From contig JBIPSI010000036.1 in assembly GCA_044070495.1 (NCBI GenBank), forward strand, positions 1-50,104: DNA of 50,104 nt, given 5' to 3'. Below, piece by piece: positions 8,619-16,713 of the stretch. This DNA is from Spirulina sp. (GTDB lineage: Bacteria > Cyanobacteriota > Cyanobacteriia > Phormidesmidales > Phormidesmidaceae). A program made the position numbers and the translations under genes. Within the stretch, counting starts at the first letter, position 1. Every line of letters begins with the position of its first letter. The notes beneath the pieces are model-generated. The model ran no database searches. It had not been told where the DNA came from and was given only the letters and a program-made list of their open reading frames with translations.

Positions 8619-9785
8619 ATGACCGTAGACACCTTCATTGACATCCACAGCGCCAGTCTGAATAAGCGGGGTGAGGAACTCTGTGGCGATAAGGTCAAGT
8701 ACCTGAAAACGGGCACCAAAACCACCGTGGTGCTGTCCGATGGCCTGGGGAGCGGGGTGAAGGCCAACATTTTGGCCACCCTGACCACGGAAATTTTAAT
8801 CACCATGCTAAATGCCGATGTGCCCCTGGAGGAGGTACTGAAAACGGTGATCGCCACCCTGCCCATTTGCCAGGTGCGAAAAATTGCCTATTCCACCTTC
8901 ACCATCCTCTGGGTGGATGGCCACACCAACCGCTTCAAGGTGATTAATTTCGATAATCCGCCCCCGGTGTTTTGCCATCGGGGCCACGTCGAACCCCTGG
9001 CCATGGAAACCCAGGAAATCCTAGGCCGCAAGCTGCAATCCGCCGAGGGCCAACTCGACCGAGGGGACTTCTTGGGGGCGATTAGCGACGGCGTGCTCTA
9101 TGCCGGGATGGGCATGACCATGAACTTTGGCTGGGGCTGGGACAACATCGCCCAGTACGTAGAAGGGGTGATTGGCAGTCAGGCCCACACGGCGCGATCC
9201 ATCGTCAAGCGGGTGATTGACCACACCTTCGAGCTATACCAGGGCCAGGTGGGCGACGATGCCACCATGGTGGGGCTGTATATGCGCCAGCGCCACCCGC
9301 TGATGATTTTCACTGGCCCCCCCCTGGAGGACAGCCAGGACGAAACCTTTGTGAATCGGCTGCTGAATTTTGAGGGGCGCAAGGTAGTGTGCGGCGGCAC
9401 CACGGGCAACATCGTGGCCAGCTACCTGGGGGAAATCGTCGAGATGGATCTGTCCACCATGCGGCGAGAACTGCCCCCCATTGGTCGCCTCAGCAGTGTG
9501 GATCTGGTCACCGAGGGGATTTTGACCCTCTCCAAGGCGACGGAATACATTCGCCAGTGCCACTGCGACCTAGGCCGCCTGCGCTTCGACAACAATGGAG
9601 CCTATCTGCTGGCCTGCGAAATTCTCCAGGCCGACTCGATTCACTTTTTGGTGGGGCAGAGCATTAACGAGTTTTACCAAAACCCGCTGTTGCCTAAGAA
9701 TATTTCCATCCGCCGCAGCCTGATTGAGGATCTCGTCACCGTACTGCGCCGCTTCCAAAAGGAGGTAACCATTGAGTATTGTTAG
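8619..9785 (+). CDS. SpoIIE/PP2C-type Ser/Thr phosphatase (HfsC-like)
   Basis: Metal-binding motifs ELCGD, LSDGLGSG, ISDG and GDDAT; C-terminal domain KVVCGGTT...VDLVTEGILTL. Confidence 0.85.
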   Translation: MTVDTFIDIHSASLNKRGEELCGDKVKYLKTGTKTTVVLSDGLGSGVKANILATLTTEILITMLNADVPLEEVLKTVIATLPICQVRKIAYSTFTILWVDGHTNRFKVINFDNPPPVFCHRGHVEPLAMETQEILGRKLQSAEGQLDRGDFLGAISDGVLYAGMGMTMNFGWGWDNIAQYVEGVIGSQAHTARSIVKRVIDHTFELYQGQVGDDATMVGLYMRQRHPLMIFTGPPLEDSQDETFVNRLLNFEGRKVVCGGTTGNIVASYLGEIVEMDLSTMRRELPPIGRLSSVDLVTEGILTLSKATEYIRQCHCDLGRLRFDNNGAYLLACEILQADSIHFLVGQSINEFYQNPLLPKNISIRRSLIEDLVTVLRRFQKEVTIEYC

Positions 9786-9874
9786 CCTCAGTGAAGTCTT
9801 GGCCTATCCGCCGTGCTAAACCAAAGCTATCTCGTATAGCTTGTATATTTGTAGAATCTTAGGAATCATTGTTT

Positions 9875-9945
9875 GGGAATTCTTGTAGAAATCACCGACC
9901 GAGAAGGGAATCGTCGGCAATTTTAGGCCCATCCTTGGGCAATCT
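9875..9945 (+). promoter_or_regulatory. Two candidate SigJ/SigF-type (J-box-like) promoter elements upstream of pilT2
   Basis: GGGAATTCT (9875-9883) and GGGCAATCT (9937-9945), compared with the GGGaAtacT consensus. Confidence 0.35.
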
Positions 9946-10019
9946 AAACTGTAGTCCGGGTGCCTTTCCTCTGCCCACCGCTGACCCGGATTGTCTACCC
10001 ATCACGGAGAACTGGTTCT

Positions 10020-11360
10020 ATGGCTGAGTCATCGCGTGTTCCGGCCAACCCCAATGTCCCCCCCCGTCCGGCGGCACCGTCCGCCGCCCCAGGGCAGCGG
10101 CCCCCATCTGCCCCACCGCCCCAGGGACAACGGCCTCCTGCGCCGCCCCAGGGCCAGCAGCGGCCCCCGGCCCCACCGCCCCAATCTCCCCCCCCCCAAC
10201 CCTCAGGCCAGGGACAGCAGCGCCCTCCGGCAGCGGCTCAGCACCGTGCCCCTAGCCCGCCGCCCATGCCCACCGCCGCCGAAACCATCAAGGTGGGGGG
10301 CAGCCCCACCCTGGAGCATATCGTGCGGGAAGCCTTTGATAAGGGCTTTTCCGACATCCACCTGGGCGTAGGCGAAATACCCCGGTTCCGGGAACGGGGG
10401 GAAATTAGCCCGACGGAATACCCCGTCACCGACGAGGCCACCTTTTACAGTTGGCTAGAGGAAATTCTGCGGCCCGACCAAATCCAGGAATTTCGCCAGA
10501 GCCTGGACTTTGACGGTGCCGCCCAGTACGACTTCACCCGGATCCGGATCAACATTTTTGACTCCCTGCGTGGCCCTGCCATGGTGCTGCGTCTGATTCC
10601 GGTGAAAATTCTCACCCTAGAGCAATTGGGCTTCGATGGCATTTTTAAAGAGGTCTGCCACTACCACAAGGGCCTAATTCTGGTGACGGGGCCAACCGGT
10701 TCCGGGAAATCCACCACCATGGCGGCGATGATTGACTATGTGAACAGCGAGATGCCGAAGCACATCATCACCATCGAAGACCCGGTGGAATTTGTCCACA
10801 CCAGTAAACGTTCCCTGGTGAAGCAGCGGGAAGTGGGGATGCACACCCACAAGTTCGATAACGCCCTGAAAGCCTCCCTGCGGGAAGACCCGGACATCAT
10901 TCTGGTGGGGGAAATGCGGGACAAAGAAACGGTGAACACCGCCCTCAAAGCCGCCCAAACCGGACACTTGGTGATGGGAACCCTACACACCAACAGCGCC
11001 GTAAAGACGGTGGAGCGGATCCTCAACCTCTATGAGCCCGACCAGCAAGCCCCGATTCGGGTAGCCCTGGCGGAATCGCTGATCGCCGTCATTGCCCAGG
11101 GTCTCTGCCGCACCACCGACGGCAAACGGGCCGCATTCCACGACATCTTGATCAACACCGACGCCATTAAGGACTACATCCTGCGCGGTCAGTTGGACGA
11201 GGTGGAAGCGCTGATTCCCAAATGTACCTTCGACGGCATGTGTACCATGAACCAGTCCCTCTACGCCCTCTACGAATCGGGGCGGATCACCGAGGAAACG
11301 GCCCTGGAAATGTCGCCGAAACAGAACGAAATGGCCCAGATGTTGCGGGGCCGTGTCTAG
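10020..11360 (+). CDS. pilT2: Type IV pilus retraction ATPase PilT2 (Pro/Gln-rich N-terminus)
   Basis: SDIHL, GPTGSGKST, TIEDPVE, LREDPDIILVGEMRD and GHLVMGTLH; AIKDYIL in place of AIRNLIRE; Pro-rich extension. Confidence 0.9.
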   Translation: MAESSRVPANPNVPPRPAAPSAAPGQRPPSAPPPQGQRPPAPPQGQQRPPAPPPQSPPPQPSGQGQQRPPAAAQHRAPSPPPMPTAAETIKVGGSPTLEHIVREAFDKGFSDIHLGVGEIPRFRERGEISPTEYPVTDEATFYSWLEEILRPDQIQEFRQSLDFDGAAQYDFTRIRINIFDSLRGPAMVLRLIPVKILTLEQLGFDGIFKEVCHYHKGLILVTGPTGSGKSTTMAAMIDYVNSEMPKHIITIEDPVEFVHTSKRSLVKQREVGMHTHKFDNALKASLREDPDIILVGEMRDKETVNTALKAAQTGHLVMGTLHTNSAVKTVERILNLYEPDQQAPIRVALAESLIAVIAQGLCRTTDGKRAAFHDILINTDAIKDYILRGQLDEVEALIPKCTFDGMCTMNQSLYALYESGRITEETALEMSPKQNEMAQMLRGRV

Positions 11361-12129
11361 GGTGCCTCGATCTACCCCCACCACCGCCGCCAGTTTTAAG
11401 GGGCTAGCCCTCTTCACTCCGGGCGGCGACTGCGTCTACTGCATCGACCAGCGGAAACGCAACCACTGGCACCTGGATCTCTGTGCGGCGCTGCAAACCT
11501 CCCTGGGGCTAGCCGAGCCGCCCTATTTCCTGTTGCCCTGCTTCACCGCCACCGTAGATCGCTGGATAGACCCCAGGAATCAAGCCATCGTCACCGTGGC
11601 CGAAGCCTACCCCCGTGCCCTGCGCTATCAAACCCTGCTCAACGTCCTGTTTGACACCAACGATCTGGAGTGGCAGCCCAACTACAGCCACCACGAAGAC
11701 TGCTCTGTTTGGGTGATCGAGTCCTACCGAACGACCTTTCCCCAACTGTGGGAGCGTCACAATCTAATCCGGCGGGTGGAGGCGAGCTGGGTTAGCCCGC
11801 TGGGTGTTGGCTTTTTCCCTGCCGCTGTTAGAGACAGTGCCTCCGGGGATATCCCAGAAGAGGAGACCAGCCATGTGTTCAAACTGTTTGTGAGCGGGGC
11901 CGACACCACCGCCACCGAGCACATGCTGCGGGTGCTGCGCAACACCCTGGAGGCCACTCTACCTCACCCCTATACCCTTCATCTTATCGACGTTCTCACC
12001 CATCCCGATGAGGCCGAAACCAACAACATTACGGCCACTCCCACCCTGATTCAGGTGTCGCCCCCGCCCGCCCGCCGCATTGTGGGTCAGTGGCCTAGCC
12101 CCAACCAACTCAGGCAGCTCTTGGGTTAG
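11353..12129 (+). CDS. KaiB-domain protein (N-terminal extension plus C-terminal KaiB-like fold)
   Basis: C-terminal FKLFVSG...[23 protein letters not shown]...RRIVG; N-terminal [12 protein letters not shown]. Confidence 0.8.
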   Translation: MSRVPRSTPTTAASFKGLALFTPGGDCVYCIDQRKRNHWHLDLCAALQTSLGLAEPPYFLLPCFTATVDRWIDPRNQAIVTVAEAYPRALRYQTLLNVLFDTNDLEWQPNYSHHEDCSVWVIESYRTTFPQLWERHNLIRRVEASWVSPLGVGFFPAAVRDSASGDIPEEETSHVFKLFVSGADTTATEHMLRVLRNTLEATLPHPYTLHLIDVLTHPDEAETNNITATPTLIQVSPPPARRIVGQWPSPNQLRQLLG

Positions 12130-12191
12130 TCAAGGCTCAGGGGATAGGCCCAAGGGATAAGATAGACACTGGCCCCGTTGAAATCTCTGCT

Positions 12192-12851
12192 ATGCAAACC
12201 CAAAATCGTCCTTTGCCCGTCGCCGACTCCGCTGCTGACTCTGTCGCTATCGTAGGACTGCCCCCTCGGCAGGCCAGTGTTAGCCGTACCACCGGAGAAA
12301 CCGATGTGCGGGTGAGCCTCAACCTAGACGGCAGCGGCCAGTGTAGTGCCAACACGGGCATTCCGTTTTTGGATCACATGCTGCACCAAATTTCCTCCCA
12401 CGGGTTGATTGATCTCGACGTGCAGGCCCAGGGCGATATCCACATCGACGACCACCACACCAACGAAGATGTGGGCATTACCCTCGGCATGGCCCTACAC
12501 CAGGCGTTGGGCGACCGCAAGGGCATTACCCGCTTCGGCCACTTTGTTGCGCCGTTAGATGAGTCTCTCGTGCAGGTGGCCCTAGACTTTTCGGGACGGC
12601 CCCACCTCAGCTACGGCCTCACCATCCCCACCGAGCGGGTCGGCACCTACGATACCCAACTGGTGCGCGAGTTTTTTGTGGCCATCGTCAACCACAGCCA
12701 AATGACCCTCCACCTGCGCCAACTGGACGGCCTCAACTCCCACCACATCATCGAAGCCACCTTCAAAGCCTTTGCCAGAGCCATGCGGATGGCGGTGGAG
12801 GTCGATCCCCGTCGCGCCCACCTGATCCCCAGTTCTAAGGGTGTGATTTAA
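12192..12851 (+). CDS. hisB: Imidazoleglycerol-phosphate dehydratase
   Basis: [29 protein letters not shown] and PSSKG. Confidence 0.97.
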   Translation: MQTQNRPLPVADSAADSVAIVGLPPRQASVSRTTGETDVRVSLNLDGSGQCSANTGIPFLDHMLHQISSHGLIDLDVQAQGDIHIDDHHTNEDVGITLGMALHQALGDRKGITRFGHFVAPLDESLVQVALDFSGRPHLSYGLTIPTERVGTYDTQLVREFFVAIVNHSQMTLHLRQLDGLNSHHIIEATFKAFARAMRMAVEVDPRRAHLIPSSKGVI

Positions 12852-12856
12852 AGGCT

Positions 12857-13603
12857 GTGTTTAGATCCGTTGCCCCCGGCACCACCAGTCGTCTGATCAG
12901 TGTCGATCATCGGGAAACCTATGGTCGCCATGTGCTGGCTCGCCTTGCGCCCCAAATTCCCATCCACACCTGCCTAGATTTGGGCTGTGGGGCGGGGGCC
13001 GATCTGGGGATTATCAAGGCAAACCATCCCCAGTCCCAATGCTATGGGGTCGATTTTGGCGACTGGAATGCCGCCACCCTCAATCAAGCCGGAATTCAGC
13101 CCGTGGCAGTAAACATTGAGACGGAACCGCTGCCCTTTGGCCCGGAAACCATGGATTTGGTGATTGCCAACCAGGTGCTAGAGCACACCAAGGAAGTATT
13201 TTGGATCAACCACGAAATTTTTCGAGTACTCAAGGTCGGTGGTTTTCTATATTTGGGGGTGCCCAACGTCCTTTCTCTGCACAATCGCATTTTGGGCTTG
13301 TTTGGCGTTCATCCCACCTCTAGCAAACTGATCTCGGCCCATGTGCGGCCCTTTTCCAAAGGCGATACGCTGCTGTTTTATCGGGAAATCGGCGGACATT
13401 TCACCGAACTTGCTGGCTTCTGGGGGTCTCAGTTCTACCCCTTCCCCCCTTCCCTTGCCCGTCCTCTAGCCCAATGGTTTCCATCGGCGGCCTTTTCAAT
13501 TTTTTTCTTAGTTAAGAAAACAGGCCCCTACCAAGGAGAATTTATCCGCTACCTCTCCCAAGTCACCCTAGAAACCAACTTTTTTACCGGCCTAGGCCCC
13601 TAA
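12857..13603 (+). CDS. Class I SAM-dependent methyltransferase
   Basis: LDLGCGAG, NQVLEH and RVLKVGG. Confidence 0.85.
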   Translation: MFRSVAPGTTSRLISVDHRETYGRHVLARLAPQIPIHTCLDLGCGAGADLGIIKANHPQSQCYGVDFGDWNAATLNQAGIQPVAVNIETEPLPFGPETMDLVIANQVLEHTKEVFWINHEIFRVLKVGGFLYLGVPNVLSLHNRILGLFGVHPTSSKLISAHVRPFSKGDTLLFYREIGGHFTELAGFWGSQFYPFPPSLARPLAQWFPSAAFSIFFLVKKTGPYQGEFIRYLSQVTLETNFFTGLGP

Positions 13604-13838
13604 TCATCGCTGGATACCCTTAGGGCGGACAGGCTCTCTTCAAGGCAAATCCTAATTCATGCCCCAAGGTAGTCCTAATGTAATTGATGTCCCGATTGAG
13701 GAGATCACGGGGCTGGGTCTCTGCCAATGTGCCGGAAAAAGCCACAGTCCTAGAGGCAAGGCCTACAATAAGAATGAGATCACGTTACAAAACTTTATCT
13801 CGCCAAAAGCGATCCCCGTTTTCGGGTAACGTCCTTAT

Positions 13839-14426
13839 ATGAAAGAGTTTAACGCCAGCCAAGCCCTACACCTGCGGGTACCCCACGAGGCCATCCCCAT
13901 CGAGCATTACCTGCGCCAGCCCCAGCGATTGGTGCAGGCCATCACCGATCCACGCCGCATCGAACCCCGTGAGGAGGGGGTGTATCGTCTCAGCTTGCGA
14001 CCCCTGCACTTTTTCGGCCTCCATGTCGAACCCACCACAGACCTCAAGGTGTGGGGGCTAGACGATGGGTCCCTCTGTCTCGAGGCGCTTAACTGCGAAG
14101 TGCGAGGCCCCGACTACCTCAGCCACATTAACGACTCCTTTTCCATGGGTCTCAAGGGCATCCTCACGCCCCATCGTCAAGATCAACACACCGAGCTCCA
14201 GGGTGAAGCCAACCTCACCATTCGGTTAGACATGCCCCCGCCCATTAAGTTCATGCCCCACTCGGTGCTGGATGCCACCGGGCGTACCTTCCTCAGCGGC
14301 ATTTTGATGACCATGAAAAACCGCATCGAGCATCACCTGATCCACGATTACCGGGCCTGGGTGGAACACACTACTCAAAACTCCCAGACTCAGCCCAGTG
14401 TTTTTCAAGGTCGCCTCGCCCAGTAA
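13839..14426 (+). CDS. DUF1997 family protein
   Basis: PIEHYLRQPQRLV...L.G.A.L...DY.AW pattern. Confidence 0.75.
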   Translation: MKEFNASQALHLRVPHEAIPIEHYLRQPQRLVQAITDPRRIEPREEGVYRLSLRPLHFFGLHVEPTTDLKVWGLDDGSLCLEALNCEVRGPDYLSHINDSFSMGLKGILTPHRQDQHTELQGEANLTIRLDMPPPIKFMPHSVLDATGRTFLSGILMTMKNRIEHHLIHDYRAWVEHTTQNSQTQPSVFQGRLAQ

Positions 14427-14463
14427 ATAGGACTAATGTGCCCTACTGAAACGGTTTTGGGGA

Positions 14464-15750
14464 TCAGCCTCGTGCAAGTTCCCTAGCCAAGGTCAGACAG
14501 GTGGATAGAGCCGCATCGGTTTTGATGGCTTGGGGATCGCAACTGGGCACGGTGGCTCGGTAGCCTGCGGTGTTGAGGGCCACAATCAGGTGATCTCGGT
14601 TGGGAATGTCCATCTGTCCCCGGCGGCCAATTTCCCCGAGGGGATAGTAATAGGGGGGCAGGGGGGCTTCGGCGGCCATGCGGTTCAGGACTTCGACCTG
14701 CGACGACCAACCCCAGTCCTGCGCCAAGGTAGCCATCGCTTCTAGGGTGGGGACATGGTGCAGATCCCCTAGCCACATGGGGCCGCTGAGCACCAGGCTG
14801 GCACCGTCCCCGGCACGGGTGACGGGTGGGATGACTTCGTCTGTCGGACAGCCTGGATCTAACCCAGGCTGTGACCGATTTGTCCAAGATGGATTTTGCG
14901 GATCCTGGGCTGGGCAGTCACAGGTACAGGTGACTTGGCCCAACTTGCGCCAATCCACAGTTTGAAACTGGCCGCAGCGGTGGCAATAGGCCAAAAACCC
15001 GTAGGTGCGGCTGGAGAGGGTGGGGCGTTTAACGAGACGCACCATGGCCCGATGCACCTGCCCCGTAAACAGGGAGAAGATGGGATCAATGCCAAGGCCA
15101 CGGGCGGCAGCGGTTTGGGCCGCATGGCCAATCAGCAACCGTAGCCCCTGTTCATGGACAGCGGGGTGAGAACGGGCGCTGGCCCCGTAGATTTTCAGGC
15201 TGCGTTCGGGATCGTGGCCGCTGGTGGAACGGGCATCGGTACTGGTCAGGTACAGCAGCCCGCCAATTTTAGCCGCCCAGAGGGCATTGCTGGTGTGGGG
15301 ACTGGGACTGCCGAAGTTGTCGATATCGACCAGATCGTAGAAATCCCGTGCTTGGTAGCAGCGAAAGAAAACGGCCTGGGCATCGTCGTGGGTGATGCGG
15401 TAGCGGGTTGATTCAACCTGGGCTAGGTTCGCTGTGAGGAGATCGGCATGATCTGGGTTGCCTTCGTTGGCCCATACCCAATCGACCCCGGCTTCGACTA
15501 AGTACCGTAGGGGCCGCACGCCGCTGCCCGTCATGGCGTCGAGGACCCGCAGATGGCCAAGACGCTGTTTTTCTAAGGTCGCTACGAGTACGGCTAAATC
15601 ACGGGCAAGGGCACTCTGGGGTCGATAAAACGCGTCGCCCACCCTAAACGAAACCCGACCTTCCTGCTGCCGTGGTGGTTTGGATGATCGTGACGCTATC
15701 GAGGCCGATCCGGCGGGATGACGCTGGGAATCAGGGGGTTCCCCGGACAT
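14464..15750 (-). CDS. Trm1-like tRNA (guanine-26-N2)-dimethyltransferase
   Basis: FYRPQSALARDL, VLDAMTGSGVR.LRY, DLVDIDNFGSP, LTSTD, HEQGLRLL, CHRC...C, GPMWLG.LH and KTDA. ATG at 15750 directly follows the DUF2103 stop. Confidence 0.85.
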   Translation of the reverse strand: MSGEPPDSQRHPAGSASIASRSSKPPRQQEGRVSFRVGDAFYRPQSALARDLAVLVATLEKQRLGHLRVLDAMTGSGVRPLRYLVEAGVDWVWANEGNPDHADLLTANLAQVESTRYRITHDDAQAVFFRCYQARDFYDLVDIDNFGSPSPHTSNALWAAKIGGLLYLTSTDARSTSGHDPERSLKIYGASARSHPAVHEQGLRLLIGHAAQTAAARGLGIDPIFSLFTGQVHRAMVRLVKRPTLSSRTYGFLAYCHRCGQFQTVDWRKLGQVTCTCDCPAQDPQNPSWTNRSQPGLDPGCPTDEVIPPVTRAGDGASLVLSGPMWLGDLHHVPTLEAMATLAQDWGWSSQVEVLNRMAAEAPLPPYYYPLGEIGRRGQMDIPNRDHLIVALNTAGYRATVPSCDPQAIKTDAALSTCLTLARELARG

Positions 15751-15751
15751 T

Positions 15752-16048
15752 CTAAGCGGCCTCAATGGCCTTGGCGACGGCGGCTTCGAGTCCGGTTTTA
15801 TCCAATTCTGTGAGTACAAAGACTTCCTGTACGGTCTTGCCTTTTCGGGCAATTAACTTAAACCCACCCCGAATGGGCACCGATACCTTCACCCGCAGTT
15901 CGGGAGAATGGGCGCGGACATTGGCAATCACCCCAGGGGTAACGGTGCCAATCCCAGGTTGGTTCAGCAGTTGTTCCAGAATAGGAATCAGTCCCGGTAG
16001 ATGGGTAGAGTGGTTCCAAACGAGGCGGCCGTCCGAGGCTTGCGTCAT
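15752..16048 (-). CDS. DUF2103 domain protein
   Basis: GRLVWNHSTHLPGLIP...GGFKLIARKGKTVQEVF. Confidence 0.8.
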   Translation of the reverse strand: MTQASDGRLVWNHSTHLPGLIPILEQLLNQPGIGTVTPGVIANVRAHSPELRVKVSVPIRGGFKLIARKGKTVQEVFVLTELDKTGLEAAVAKAIEAA

Positions 16049-16138
16049 ATACGTTGTTTTATAAGGAGAAAAAGATGGAATTGGAAACGGTAGGAACGCC
16101 CGATTCGTGGTGCCCCTGTTGCCCAGTCTACCGCAGGA

Positions 16139-16462
16139 TTAAGCCCTTTCGAGGGGAGCCATGGTCAAGCCAGCCCGGGTGAGTTGGCTGTGGTAAAGTT
16201 CTGCCTGTTCTAGGGGGCCAACCCACACCGTAGCCTGCCCCTCGTAGTGAATTTGATTGGTCAGGTTCCAGGCTTGGTCAGCCCCCATGCCTGGGATGTA
16301 TTTCACCAGGCATTCCGCCACATGCTGAAAGGTGTTGAAGTCGTCGTTGAGGACGATGATCTTGTAGTTGGGGTAGGGCTGGCGGGTGGTTTGGCTGGTT
16401 TTCTCAGGGGCAATGGTCGGTGAAGCCGCAGCGGTGATGGCCGTTGTCAAAACCCAAGTCAT
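16139..16462 (-). CDS. clpS: ATP-dependent Clp protease adaptor ClpS
   Basis: YKIIVLNDDFNTFQHV...IHYEGQA.VW.GPLEQAELY. Start uncertain. Confidence 0.92.
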   Translation of the reverse strand: MTWVLTTAITAAASPTIAPEKTSQTTRQPYPNYKIIVLNDDFNTFQHVAECLVKYIPGMGADQAWNLTNQIHYEGQATVWVGPLEQAELYHSQLTRAGLTMAPLERA

Positions 16463-16713
16463 AACGGTGATGGAAAAAACACTAGAAAAAAGTAGCTCAG
16501 GAGATACCCAAGGCGGTTTTCGATCCAATGTAGGCTAGCTAAGCCCTCGATGAGTAAGCGCTACAGCTATCTCTATGTACCTTATACCAGTGAGAACAAC
16601 ACCATAAATGACATGTTCCCGTTCAGACCAACAATGGATACTGGTGGGGTGGACGTTCTCTGGGCCATTGCCTTCTAGTGTATCGAATCTTGGCCGTTGG
16701 GGCCGAGGGCAGG

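Noticed and set aside
15751..15852. N-terminal extension of the Trm1 ORF
   Set aside because: It overlaps DUF2103 in another frame; ATG 15750 fits operon spacing.
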